A stretch of DNA of 41,736 nucleotides from Desulfuromonadales bacterium (GTDB taxonomy: Bacteria > Desulfobacterota > Desulfuromonadia > Geobacterales > Pseudopelobacteraceae). Positions 17,386-26,763 of the stretch are shown one piece after another. The position numbers and the translations under genes were made by a program. The notes under the pieces were generated by a model. The model was not told where the DNA came from, did no database searches, and saw nothing but the letters and a program-made list of their open reading frames with translations. Location of the stretch: NCBI GenBank assembly GCA_015688915.1, contig JAATGX010000211.1, positions 1-41,736 on the forward strand. Reading direction: 5' to 3'. Position 1 is the first letter of the stretch; the number at the start of each line of letters is the position of its first letter.

Positions 17386-18308
17386 GCACGGTTACCGGAA
17401 CAGGCGATCAGGCGGATACCCTGCGTCAGATGGCCCACAAGGCCCGCCAGGGCCAACATTCCGACGCAGCACAAGCTGGAACGGTCATCGATCAGAGGGG
17501 GATTCGGGTTATTTCGGTGACGAGCGGCAAGGGCGGGGTCGCGAAGAGTAACGTTGTCTCCAACCTGGCCATTGCCATGTCGACTCAAGGGAAAAAGGTG
17601 TTGGTTATCGATGCCGATCTGGGATTGGGCAACCTGGACGTGTTGTTGGGGCTCTCTCCGGCGTACAACCTGAATCACGTGCTGAGCGGCGAGAAAAGCA
17701 TTTCCGAGATTCTCATTGATGGCCCGGCCGGCATCAAGATAATCCCGGCCGGTTCCGGGGTCCAGGAGTTTACCAGCCTGGGACAGCACGAAAAGCTTAA
17801 GCTGCTGGATGAGTTGGAAATGCTGGAGGAACAGTTTGACGTCCTGATCGTGGACACGGAGGCGGGTATCTCCGAAAACGTGACCTATTTTACCGTGGCC
17901 GCCCAAGAGATCATCGTGGTGGTTACGCCCGAACCAACCTCCATAACCGACGCATATGCCTTGATCAAATTGCTTGCCACGCGTTACTCGGAACACCACT
18001 TCAAGGTGCTGGTCAACATGGCCAAGGATAGCGAAGACGCCCTGGAGGTCTTTCGCAAGTTGGCCAATGTGGCCGGCCGTTTTCTGGATATTTCCCTGGA
18101 TTACCTGGGATGTGTGGTCAAGGATGAAAAGGTGGTCGAGGCTGTCAAGCGCCAGAAAGCGGTCTCTGAATTATTTCCCGAGTCCGAGGCGGCAACCTGC
18201 TTTACCACGCTGGCAAAGCGGGTTATCGAAAATACGCGGCAAACACGCCTTAAAGGGAATATCCAGTTCTTTTTCCGGCGATTCCTCGACAACCCCGCGG
18301 GCGGCTAA
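17382..18308 (+). CDS. flhG: MinD/ParA-type flagellar number regulator FlhG/FleN
   Basis: 308 aa MinD-like ATPase directly after flhF. The deviant Walker A reads SGKGGVAKS (Ala where Gly is expected). Confidence 0.9.
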   Translation: MSTVTGTGDQADTLRQMAHKARQGQHSDAAQAGTVIDQRGIRVISVTSGKGGVAKSNVVSNLAIAMSTQGKKVLVIDADLGLGNLDVLLGLSPAYNLNHVLSGEKSISEILIDGPAGIKIIPAGSGVQEFTSLGQHEKLKLLDELEMLEEQFDVLIVDTEAGISENVTYFTVAAQEIIVVVTPEPTSITDAYALIKLLATRYSEHHFKVLVNMAKDSEDALEVFRKLANVAGRFLDISLDYLGCVVKDEKVVEAVKRQKAVSELFPESEAATCFTTLAKRVIENTRQTRLKGNIQFFFRRFLDNPAGG

Positions 18309-18311
18309 ACC

Positions 18312-19058
18312 GTGTGCGCCCTGAAGGCTAAACGGCAAATCAGCGCAGACAGCCCCGGTCGGGACGGGCTGATTATTGAGCACCTGCCCCTGGTCAAATA
18401 TCTGGTGGGCAGGATCGTTCCGCAATTGCCTCCTCATCTGGATCCGCAGGATCTCATGAGCGCGGCTGTTATTGGCCTGATAAATGCAGCAGATCGTTTT
18501 GACCCCACACGGGGCGTGCTCTTTAAAACCTTTGCCGAACAGCACGTACGGGGTACGATTCTCGATGAATTGCGCTCCTACGATGTACTCAGCCGCTCCA
18601 CGCGCGAAAAATACAAACGGCTGGAGCGAGAGGTGGTCAGCCTTGAACATCGTCTCGGCCGTAATCCTACCAGCGAAGAGGTAGCCGGTTCCCTCAATAT
18701 CGGTCTGGATGACTACTACGCAATGCTGGATGCCATTCACGTTTTTACCTTCATCAGTCTTGATGACAGTTGGGAAGATGACGATGGCAGTTCGCTTTGC
18801 CTGGCGGATGTGCTCAGTGAAAACGAGGCCCAGAACCCGCAGCAGCAGGTGATGAAGAGGCAACTGGTCGAAGCCTTGGGCGTAGCCATTGAAACCCTGC
18901 CCGAGAAGGAGCGTCTCGCGGTTACGCTTTATTACAGCGAGGACCTGAACCTTAAAGAGATCGGCGAGACGCTTGGACTTACCGAGTCCCGCATTTCGCA
19001 ATTACTGAGCCAGGCCATGGTCAGGTTGCGAGCCAAGTTGCGGTTGCACAAGAACTAG
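18312..19058 (+). CDS. fliA: flagellar sigma factor FliA (sigma-28)
   Basis: 248 aa with sigma-70 family regions 2, 3 and 4 (region 4 ...LNLKEIGETLGLTESRISQL...). Follows flhG as in many flagellar clusters. GTG start. Confidence 0.9.
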   Translation: MCALKAKRQISADSPGRDGLIIEHLPLVKYLVGRIVPQLPPHLDPQDLMSAAVIGLINAADRFDPTRGVLFKTFAEQHVRGTILDELRSYDVLSRSTREKYKRLEREVVSLEHRLGRNPTSEEVAGSLNIGLDDYYAMLDAIHVFTFISLDDSWEDDDGSSLCLADVLSENEAQNPQQQVMKRQLVEALGVAIETLPEKERLAVTLYYSEDLNLKEIGETLGLTESRISQLLSQAMVRLRAKLRLHKN

Positions 19059-19070
19059 GAGGAATTACAC

Positions 19071-19808
19071 ATGAACAGCGGCATGTATTCGGCATTATCG
19101 GGCAATATAGCGGCAATGAAGAGGCTGGATATCATCAGCAACAACCTGGCCAATGTCAATACCCCCGGTTTCAAGAAAGACAAGATGAATTTCGAAAGCA
19201 TGCTGAATGGACCCGTGAACCCGCCTGTCTTCCCCGAAGGGACCACGGCCGATCCCATCTTGCAGAAGGACAACATGTATATCGATTATTCACAGGGCCC
19301 CGTGACCCAGACCGGCAATCCCCTCGATCTCACCATTGATGGCGACGGTTTCTTCACGGTCACCACTCCCGAGGGGCCAGCCTATACCCGTCAGGGGAAT
19401 TTTCATCTTGCCGCCGATGGTACCCTGGTGACGGCGGATGGTTACCCGGTCATGGGTCAGCAGGGTGCCATCAGAATCCAGGGGAGCCAGGTCGACATTG
19501 ATTCCACGGGGCTGGTCACTGTTGACGGAACTCCGGCGGACACCATCAGTATCATGGATTTCCCCAAACCGTACAACTTGGTGAAGGCGTCCGGAGCCCT
19601 GTTCACCGCTGCGGACCCCCAGGTTGCCGCCCAGCCGGCGGCAAAGGCTGAAATCCGTCAGGGGCATTTGGAGGGGTCCAATGTGGAGACGATCGGCGAG
19701 ATGGTGCTGATGATCGAGACCAGCCGCTACTTTGAGGCCTGCTCCAAGGTTGTCAAGGGATATGATGATATGGCTGCCAAGGCGACCACTGACTTGGGGC
19801 ATTTGTAA
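19071..19808 (+). CDS. flgF: flagellar basal-body rod protein FlgF
   Basis: 245 aa with the N-terminal rod motif ([14 protein letters not shown]) and a C-terminal rod domain. Precedes flgG. Confidence 0.8.
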   Translation: MNSGMYSALSGNIAAMKRLDIISNNLANVNTPGFKKDKMNFESMLNGPVNPPVFPEGTTADPILQKDNMYIDYSQGPVTQTGNPLDLTIDGDGFFTVTTPEGPAYTRQGNFHLAADGTLVTADGYPVMGQQGAIRIQGSQVDIDSTGLVTVDGTPADTISIMDFPKPYNLVKASGALFTAADPQVAAQPAAKAEIRQGHLEGSNVETIGEMVLMIETSRYFEACSKVVKGYDDMAAKATTDLGHL

Positions 19809-19851
19809 ACAACTACCTGGTTACAGACAATAGATAAAAAGGAGTTGAAAG

Positions 19852-20640
19852 ATGATACGTGCGTTATGGACGGCAGCATCCGGGATGGAATCGCAACAGA
19901 AGAGTATCGACGTGGTGGCCAATAACCTGGCCAACGTGAATACGGCCGGTTTCAAGAAGAGCCGGGCCGATTTCCAGGACCTGATGTATCAGAACCTGAA
20001 GACCACCGGTTCCCCCTCCACCAATACCACCCAGGTTCCCACCGGCATCCAGATCGGCCTCGGGTCACGCCTGGCCGCCGTAACCAAGATCTTTACCACC
20101 GGCGACTTCTCCCAGACCGGCAATGAACTGGATATGGCCATCGAAGGTGACGGTTTTTTCCAGATACAGCTCCCCGACGGCACCACCGCCTACAGCCGCT
20201 CGGGGGCCTTCAAGAAGGACAACACGGGCCGGGTGGTGACCTCCGACGGCTACCCTCTGCTGCCCGCCATCACCATTCCCGCCAATGCCACCAAGACCAG
20301 CATCGGTAATGACGGCACGGTTTCGGTGTTGCAGGCCGGCCAGAACACCCCGACACAGGTGGGGAACATCCAGCTTGTTTTATTTTCCAACCCGGCAGGA
20401 CTCTCGGCCCAGGGCAAGAATCTCTTCATCGAGTCCGAGGCATCCGGAGCACCCACGACCGGAACGCCGGGTCAAACCGGTTTAGGCACCATCGCGCAGT
20501 ATTTTCTGGAAATGAGCAATGTCAGCGTGATGGAGGAGATGGTCAACATGATCACGGGCCAGCGCGCCTATGAGGTCAATTCCAAAGCGGTGCAGGCGGC
20601 GGATGAGATGCTCCAGACAGCCAATAACCTGAAACGGTAA
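19852..20640 (+). CDS. flgG: flagellar distal rod protein FlgG
   Basis: 262 aa, highly FlgG-like ([30 protein letters not shown] ... GQRAYE.NSK). Confidence 0.95.
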   Translation: MIRALWTAASGMESQQKSIDVVANNLANVNTAGFKKSRADFQDLMYQNLKTTGSPSTNTTQVPTGIQIGLGSRLAAVTKIFTTGDFSQTGNELDMAIEGDGFFQIQLPDGTTAYSRSGAFKKDNTGRVVTSDGYPLLPAITIPANATKTSIGNDGTVSVLQAGQNTPTQVGNIQLVLFSNPAGLSAQGKNLFIESEASGAPTTGTPGQTGLGTIAQYFLEMSNVSVMEEMVNMITGQRAYEVNSKAVQAADEMLQTANNLKR

Positions 20641-20721
20641 TCATTGTGCCCGTTGATGAGGCCGGGCAGATTGCGCGGCTCTTGACGGTATGTCAACGAA
20701 TAGCGGGACGATATTGAGAGA

Positions 20722-21453
20722 ATGGTCATGATTTTTCGAACGATTACCATCGTGTGGGTGTGCATGCTTCTCTGTGCGCCTCTCTGCCGGGCCGAGCAAC
20801 GGCCCGCTCCGAAGGCCGCCGATCGCGACGCCGAAATCAAGGCAGCGGTGACCGCCTACATCAAACAAAAAACAGCCAACCTTGGCTATGAAATCCGTAT
20901 CAAGCGGATATCCATCAACGGCAATCTCAAGTTGCCGGAGGGCGCATTGGAATATGAGGTCATGGCCCCCCGGCAATGGGAAGGGTGGGGCACCGCCAGT
21001 CTGGCCGTGCTGGCTCGTCTGGGTGATCGGGTGGTGAGTAATTCCTCCGTACGGGTTGAGGTTGAAGCGCTTGCCGACATGGTGGTTGCGCTCCGGCAGC
21101 TCGATCGAGGCGCAGTCATTTCCGGTACGGATATTGCCGTTCAGAAGCGGGAGATTGCCGCAGTATCGGGCACGTTTGCCGGAAATGCCGGTGACGTCGT
21201 CGGCAAACAGACCCGTATAACGATCAAGGCCAATGCCGTGGTGCGGACCGATCAACTGGAGAAAGTGCCGCTCGTCAAGTCCGGCCAGATGGTGACAATT
21301 GTGGCCGAGAATGCGGTGATGAAAGTCTCCGTGGCTGGAAAGGCCAAAAATTCGGGCGCCGAAGGGGATATCATCCTGGTCCAAAACCTCAATTCCCTCA
21401 AGGATATTCCGGCGCGCGTCGTCAATGCGACAACGGTACAGGTAGGTTTTTAA
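20722..21453 (+). CDS. flgA: flagellar P-ring assembly chaperone FlgA
   Basis: 243 aa with a signal peptide and a SAF / ChapFlgA-like C-terminus. Located before flgH and flgI. Confidence 0.8.
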   Translation: MVMIFRTITIVWVCMLLCAPLCRAEQRPAPKAADRDAEIKAAVTAYIKQKTANLGYEIRIKRISINGNLKLPEGALEYEVMAPRQWEGWGTASLAVLARLGDRVVSNSSVRVEVEALADMVVALRQLDRGAVISGTDIAVQKREIAAVSGTFAGNAGDVVGKQTRITIKANAVVRTDQLEKVPLVKSGQMVTIVAENAVMKVSVAGKAKNSGAEGDIILVQNLNSLKDIPARVVNATTVQVGF

Positions 21454-21478
21454 GATGCCCATGGCAGAAGGATTTTTT

Positions 21479-22150
21479 ATGAAACGCTGTATCCCCATAC
21501 TTTTACTCTGTTTTATGGTCGGCTGCGCGGTACAGAAGACGGAAGTAAAGACAAGCCGCTTTGACGAGCAATTGCAGAGGCCGGCGGCGGACTACTCCGG
21601 CGGTTCCATCTGGCAGTCCTCCTCGACCGGCATGATCGATGATTTCAAGGCCCGTCGCAAGGGCGACGTCGTTACCATCGTCGTTTCCGAGATTTCCAAC
21701 GCCTCCAAACAAGCCGATACGGCGACAGGCCGCAGTACGGCGCTCAGCGCGGGCATGCCCAACCTTCTAGGGCTTGAGAAGTCCGGCATATTGACAAACA
21801 ATATGGATTTATCCCAACTGCTCAACGCCAACGTGGATTCCAAGTATGCAGGCTCCGGCTCCACCTCGCGCACGGAAAGCCTCACTGCCACCATTTCCGC
21901 AAAGGTGATCGATGTGCTGGCAAACGGCAACCTGCTTATTGAAGGACGCCGCAACATCAAGGTCAACAATGAGGACCAGGAAATAGTCCTCGAAGGGGTT
22001 GTGCGGCCGCGTGACATCAACACCGACAATACCGTGAACTCCATTTTCGTGGCTGACGCCAAGATCAGCTACACCGGCAAGGGGATCATTTCCGACCGCC
22101 AGAGCCCGGGGTGGCTGATGAACATTATCGACAAAATCTGGCCATTCTAG
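21479..22150 (+). CDS. flgH: flagellar L-ring lipoprotein FlgH
   Basis: MKRCIPILLLCFMVGC lipobox start at ATG 21479, followed by FlgH-like sequence (SLW......D.KA...GD.VTI.V.E). Confidence 0.9.
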   Translation: MKRCIPILLLCFMVGCAVQKTEVKTSRFDEQLQRPAADYSGGSIWQSSSTGMIDDFKARRKGDVVTIVVSEISNASKQADTATGRSTALSAGMPNLLGLEKSGILTNNMDLSQLLNANVDSKYAGSGSTSRTESLTATISAKVIDVLANGNLLIEGRRNIKVNNEDQEIVLEGVVRPRDINTDNTVNSIFVADAKISYTGKGIISDRQSPGWLMNIIDKIWPF

Positions 22151-22183
22151 CACTGTGTACCACTTAGAACAACGCATACTAAT

Positions 22184-22290
22184 CCCCTCCCCCTTGGCGG
22201 GGGAGGGTTAGGGTGGGGGGGAGGTTGCCATGAAATCAGCATATTGCAGCTTCACCCACCCCCTAACCCCCTCCCGTCAAGGGAGGGGGA
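22184..22290. repeat. about 107-bp triple-hairpin G/C-tract palindromic element, second family (copy C)
   Basis: Hairpin CCCTCCCCC-TTGGC-GGGGGAGGG (22185-22207). Imperfect long pairing TTAGGGTGGG...CCCACCCCCTAA (22208-22266). Hairpin CCCCCTCCC-GTCAA-GGGAGGGGG (22267-22289). Confidence 0.85.
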
Positions 22291-22306
22291 ACTAAAGGTA
22301 GAACTC

Positions 22307-23401
22307 ATGAAGAGAATTATTTTTGTCTGTGCTTTGCTCCTGCTGCCTCTTTCCAACGCCCATGCCATCCGCATCAAGGATATAGCCGCCTTTGACGGGG
22401 TGCGCAGCAACCAGTTGGTGGGCTACGGTCTGGTGGTGGGGCTGAACGGCAGTGGTGACGGTCAACAAACCAAGTTTCCCGTGCAGTCGATGGTCAACAT
22501 GCTGGAACGCATGGGAGTGACGATCAATCGCGCCGACATTACCGTAAAGAACGTGGCCGCCGTCATGGTGACCGCCACATTGCCCCCTTTTGCCAAGCAG
22601 GGTAACCGCGTGGACGTACTGGTCTCGTCCATGGGTGACGCCACGAGCATATCAGGGGGCACCCTGGTCATGACGCCGCTCAAGGGGGGGGATAATCAAA
22701 CCTATGCCGTCGCCCAGGGCTCCGTGCTGACCAACGCCTTTGCTTTTGCCGGCCAGGGGGCCAGCGCCCAGAAGAATCATCCCACGGCCGGGCAAATACC
22801 CAACGGAGCGCTGGTGGAGCGGGAGTTGCCCAATGCGCTGGCCGGCAAGTCAACCCTGCGGCTCAATCTTGGCCAAGCGGACTTTACCACGGCATCCCGC
22901 ATCGCCACTGCCATCAACGACAAGTTCGGGTCTCCGGTGGCCACGACGGTCGATCCCGGTACGGTCTCACTCAAGATTCCCGAGGAGTACGTCAACCGCA
23001 CCGTGGAATTCGTGGCTTCGCTGGAGACTCTGGAGGTAAGGCCGGATATCCCGGCCAAGGTGGTGCTCAACGAACGCACCGGCACCATCGTGATGGGCGA
23101 GAACGTCCGCATCTCCACGGTGGCAGTCTCCCACGGCAACTTGTCGCTGGTGATCAAGGAGACGCCCCAGGTCTCCCAGCCCGGTCCGCTCAGTACCGGC
23201 GGCACCACTGTTGTCGTACCCCGGACCGACCTGAAGGTGCAGGAGGAGTCGCGCCGGTTGACGGTAATGCCCGAAGGGGCCAGCATCGGTGATGTGGTCC
23301 GGGCGCTCAACCTGTTGGGGGTGACCCCTCGCGACCTGATCGGAATTTTGCAGGCCGTCAAGGCGTCGGGGGCGTTACAGGCCGACCTCATGATCATGTA
23401 G
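22307..23401 (+). CDS. flgI: flagellar P-ring protein FlgI
   Basis: ATG 22307 gives the signal peptide MKRIIFVCALLLLPLSNAHA followed by IRIKDIA..., the canonical mature FlgI N-terminus. The track start at 22244 reads through the repeat element. Confidence 0.95.
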   Translation: MKRIIFVCALLLLPLSNAHAIRIKDIAAFDGVRSNQLVGYGLVVGLNGSGDGQQTKFPVQSMVNMLERMGVTINRADITVKNVAAVMVTATLPPFAKQGNRVDVLVSSMGDATSISGGTLVMTPLKGGDNQTYAVAQGSVLTNAFAFAGQGASAQKNHPTAGQIPNGALVERELPNALAGKSTLRLNLGQADFTTASRIATAINDKFGSPVATTVDPGTVSLKIPEEYVNRTVEFVASLETLEVRPDIPAKVVLNERTGTIVMGENVRISTVAVSHGNLSLVIKETPQVSQPGPLSTGGTTVVVPRTDLKVQEESRRLTVMPEGASIGDVVRALNLLGVTPRDLIGILQAVKASGALQADLMIM

Positions 23402-23413
23402 AGGCATTCGGAC

Positions 23414-23440
23414 TCAAGAATTATGGTATTGCGGCGATAA
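23414..23440 (+). promoter_or_regulatory. candidate sigma-28 (FliA) promoter: TCAA-N15-GGCGATAA
   Basis: Compared with the enterobacterial consensus TAAA-N15-GCCGATAA there is one mismatch in each half. It lies 14 nt upstream of the flgJ-like ATG, ahead of the late genes flgN, flgK and flgL. Confidence 0.3.
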
Positions 23441-23453
23441 GAAAGAAAGACCC

Positions 23454-23867
23454 ATGGATATCGGCATCCCCCAAAATATTCCGACTGTCGGCGATGGAGC
23501 CGCCGAAAAGGCCCGCCAACTGCAACGGCAGGGCAATGGCGCTGCCGGCCTGAGTGACAAACAACGCCTTCAGGCACGGAAGGTATCCCAGGATTTTGAA
23601 GCGCTTTTTGTCGGCATGATGTTGAAATCCATGCGCTCAACCGTTCCGGAAGACAAACTGACCGGCGGCGGACATGGCGAAGAGGTCTACCGCTCCATGC
23701 TTGATCAGGAATATGCCATGGCAGTGGCAAAACGTGGTGGGATGGGGCTGGCGAAGCAGGTCGAAAAAGAGATCATCAGGCAGGAAAGCCGTAAAAACGG
23801 CGGGACAATCACCCCACAGACCCTGCGGGAACTGTCCCCGAAGCGGACGCCGGAGATGGATGAATGA
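23454..23867 (+). CDS. flgJ: FlgJ-like rod-binding protein (Rod_binding domain only, no muramidase domain)
   Basis: 137 aa with the motif ...VSQDFEALFVGMMLKSMR...GG.GEEVYRSMLDQEYA typical of the FlgJ N-terminal domain. Confidence 0.8.
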   Translation: MDIGIPQNIPTVGDGAAEKARQLQRQGNGAAGLSDKQRLQARKVSQDFEALFVGMMLKSMRSTVPEDKLTGGGHGEEVYRSMLDQEYAMAVAKRGGMGLAKQVEKEIIRQESRKNGGTITPQTLRELSPKRTPEMDE

Positions 23868-24358
23868 CGATACGACGGCTCAATGATACGCTTTCCACGC
23901 AGGTGGCCTTGCTGGAAGAACTCTTCGCCCTGTTGGAGCGCGAGACACCTGAACTGGCCGGCATAAGCCTTGACGCCATGACGGAGATCAACGATCTGAA
24001 AGAGGGCGTGGTGGCACGCATCGATGAGCATACCGCCCCTCTTCGCCAGGCGATCGCGGAGGCGGCTGTCAGCTTGGAGCTGCCGCCGGACGCCTCTTTG
24101 GGGGACGTGGCCGGCTTGTTGGGAAAACAGGGGGATGAGGAAATCCCCCGGTTGCACCAAGAGTTGAACCGTCTGGCGGAAAAGATACAGCAGACGGCGA
24201 TGCTGAACCGCGACATCGCGGAACGCTTTGTGGCAACGGTGAGCAATTCACTGAATTTTTTGGCGCAGATACTCAACCAGTCTACTGTCTACGGTGCTTC
24301 CGGAGGGTATCAGCGAAGACAGCAAACCGGTGCGGTTATGATCAACAGGGAGGCATGA
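23864..24358 (+). CDS. flgN: FlgN-like flagellar export chaperone
   Basis: 164-aa helical protein immediately upstream of flgK and flgL (its expected clients). The N-terminal L..LL..E...L pattern resembles FlgN. The assignment rests partly on synteny. Confidence 0.5.
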   Translation: MTIRRLNDTLSTQVALLEELFALLERETPELAGISLDAMTEINDLKEGVVARIDEHTAPLRQAIAEAAVSLELPPDASLGDVAGLLGKQGDEEIPRLHQELNRLAEKIQQTAMLNRDIAERFVATVSNSLNFLAQILNQSTVYGASGGYQRRQQTGAVMINREA

Positions 24359-24359
24359 G

Positions 24360-25817
24360 ATGAGTCTCAACTCAATAATGGAGATCGGCAAGTCCGGTGT
24401 CGGCGTATTTCAGACAGCCATTGCCGTTACCGGGCAAAACATCGCCAACGTCAATACGGAAGGCTATTCTCGGCAGCAGGTTGTTCTGGAAACCGCGCCC
24501 ACCTCGCCCAGCAACGGGTTTACCCTGGGTAATGGCGTCCGCCTCGCTTCGGTTGACCGCTACTACGACGGGCTGCTGCAGCAGCAACTGGTAACGGCCC
24601 AGTCCACCCAAGGCAATGACACGACAAAGTCCAATGTGCTGCAACAGATCGAGCCGGCTTTCAACGAGGTTGCCAATGACGGCCTGGGTGACGCCATCAC
24701 GAAGTTCTTCGGAGCCTGGCAGGATCTGACCCTGAACCCGGCCGGCGCCACCGAGCGCCAGACGGTCCTGTCCCGCGCGCAGATTCTGGTGGATAACTTC
24801 AACTCGGTCAGCACCACGCTCACCAACACAGCCAAGGCCCAGGACGACGCGCTTGTCCCGCTCACGGCCGACATAAGCGCCACGCTCAAGAACATCGCCC
24901 AACTTAACAGCCAGATCAAGATCACCCAGCAGGTCAGCGGCAATGCCAACGAACTCAAGGATCAGCGCGATTTATTGATACGCAACCTGAGTACCGAGGT
25001 GGGGATCAGTTACAAGGAAAATAGCGACGGGACCGTGGATGTGAATCTCAGCACAACCGCTGGCGGGGGCGGTGGTCAGGCGTTGGTAAGTGGCGTCCAG
25101 TATGCGACCATGTACACCGACAACGCCGGCGGAACCACAGCCAATGACATCTACCTGACGGCCGTGGGAAATCCTCCTCCGGCGAATGCTCCTGCCACGG
25201 ACACCAAAATCACCGCAACTGTGGGAGGGACGAACAACAGTCTCGGAGAATTGGGCGCAACCCTGGGGTTGCGCGATACGATCATCCCCGGCTATCTTGG
25301 CCAGGTGAACGAGTTGGCGGACCAGATAGTCACCGCGGTGAATGCGCAGCACGCAGCGGGCTTTGATAGCAGCGGGGCTCCGGGAGGTGATTTCTTTGAT
25401 GTGACAACCAACCCTCCAGGTACGGATGCCGCAACGATTACATTGGGTATCACCGACGCCAATAAGATCGCCGCCTCGTCGAGCGCCGCCTCGTCCAGTG
25501 ATAACGGCAACGCCGTTGCCCTTGCTCAATTACAGAACGCCGCAATCTCTTTCACCAGTGGATCGGCTACCTTCAACAGCTATTACGACGGCCTGGTCAG
25601 CAAGGTTGGTCTGGATGTCCAGTCGGCCCAGAATACCGTATCCCAGGATACGGCCTTTACCCAACAGTTGTCGACGCTCCGGGAATCCAATTCCGGGGTG
25701 TCGCTGGATGAAGAACTGACCAATCTGGTGCAATACCAACGTTCCTACCAGGCATCGGCTAAAATTATTACCACCGCGACCGATATGATGGACACCGTGC
25801 TCGGCCTCATACGATAG
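24360..25817 (+). CDS. flgK: flagellar hook-associated protein 1 FlgK
   Basis: 485 aa with N-terminal ...GQNIANVNTEGYSRQ and C-terminal ...LTNLVQYQRSYQASAKIITT. Confidence 0.9.
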   Translation: MSLNSIMEIGKSGVGVFQTAIAVTGQNIANVNTEGYSRQQVVLETAPTSPSNGFTLGNGVRLASVDRYYDGLLQQQLVTAQSTQGNDTTKSNVLQQIEPAFNEVANDGLGDAITKFFGAWQDLTLNPAGATERQTVLSRAQILVDNFNSVSTTLTNTAKAQDDALVPLTADISATLKNIAQLNSQIKITQQVSGNANELKDQRDLLIRNLSTEVGISYKENSDGTVDVNLSTTAGGGGGQALVSGVQYATMYTDNAGGTTANDIYLTAVGNPPPANAPATDTKITATVGGTNNSLGELGATLGLRDTIIPGYLGQVNELADQIVTAVNAQHAAGFDSSGAPGGDFFDVTTNPPGTDAATITLGITDANKIAASSSAASSSDNGNAVALAQLQNAAISFTSGSATFNSYYDGLVSKVGLDVQSAQNTVSQDTAFTQQLSTLRESNSGVSLDEELTNLVQYQRSYQASAKIITTATDMMDTVLGLIR

Positions 25818-25827
25818 GAGATACGTC

Positions 25828-26736
25828 ATGCGCATTACTCAGAACATCACCGCCCAGAATTCCATCTACAACCTTCAGCAGGGCCGCGCCAAGCTTGACA
25901 AGCTTCAGGAACTGTCGGCCACGGGTGCCAACATCAACCGTCCCAGCGATGATCCCATCGGCGCCAGCCTGCTGCTCTCGCTCAGCGACCAGCTCAAGGC
26001 CGGCGACCAGTATTCCAGCAATATCACCAAGGCCAGCACGTTTCTCCAGGTTTCCAGCACGGCCCTGCAGGGGATGGCCGACACCATGCAGCAGGCAAAA
26101 ACGCTGATCTCCACCATAGCCAGCGGCACCACCGATCCAACCGAGCGTGCGAACGTGGCCGAACAACTGACCACCCTGAAAAAGACGTTGGTGGACTACG
26201 GCAACACCCAGTTGGGAAACCAATATGTCTTTGGCGGCGCCAATGGCGCGACCCCCTTTAGCCAGACCTCGTCCTCTTATGCAGGTGACTCAACCATCCT
26301 GAATGTGCAGATCGGACAGTCCGCCACCCAGTCGATGAGCATCCCCGGCAATCAGATCCTCAATGGGACCAGCACGGCCACCCCTGCTTCACCTTATGGA
26401 ACAACCGATATCCTCAAGACCTTGGACGATCTGATCACGGCCGTGTCGGCCAATGATGTGACTGGCATTCAAGCCGGAGCCAACGCGCTTGAAGACGGGG
26501 CAGACCAGATAACCAAGGCCCAGACCGAGGTGGCGTCGCGCCTGACGCGGCTTGACAATGCCACCACCATGAATGCGAACAACAAGAATACCCTGGAAAC
26601 GATCGCCGGTAATACCCAGAATGTCGACTATGCAAAACTGGCAGTTGAACTGACCCAGCAGCAGACCGCTTTCCAGGCATCGCTATCGGCCACGGCCAAG
26701 GTTACCCAGTTGTCGCTGCTGGATTATCTGAGTTAA
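25828..26736 (+). CDS. flgL: flagellar hook-associated protein 3 FlgL
   Basis: 302 aa with flagellin-like N- and C-terminal helices (MRITQN... ; ...QTAFQASLSATAKVTQLSLLDYL). Follows flgK. Confidence 0.85.
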   Translation: MRITQNITAQNSIYNLQQGRAKLDKLQELSATGANINRPSDDPIGASLLLSLSDQLKAGDQYSSNITKASTFLQVSSTALQGMADTMQQAKTLISTIASGTTDPTERANVAEQLTTLKKTLVDYGNTQLGNQYVFGGANGATPFSQTSSSYAGDSTILNVQIGQSATQSMSIPGNQILNGTSTATPASPYGTTDILKTLDDLITAVSANDVTGIQAGANALEDGADQITKAQTEVASRLTRLDNATTMNANNKNTLETIAGNTQNVDYAKLAVELTQQQTAFQASLSATAKVTQLSLLDYLS

Positions 26737-26763
26737 GACGGATACAGACGACTCATCTTGTGT

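Noticed and set aside
22244-22306. N-terminal extension of flgI (MQLHPPPNPLPSREGELKVEL)
   Set aside because: It is encoded by the palindromic repeat element. The canonical signal peptide begins at ATG 22307.
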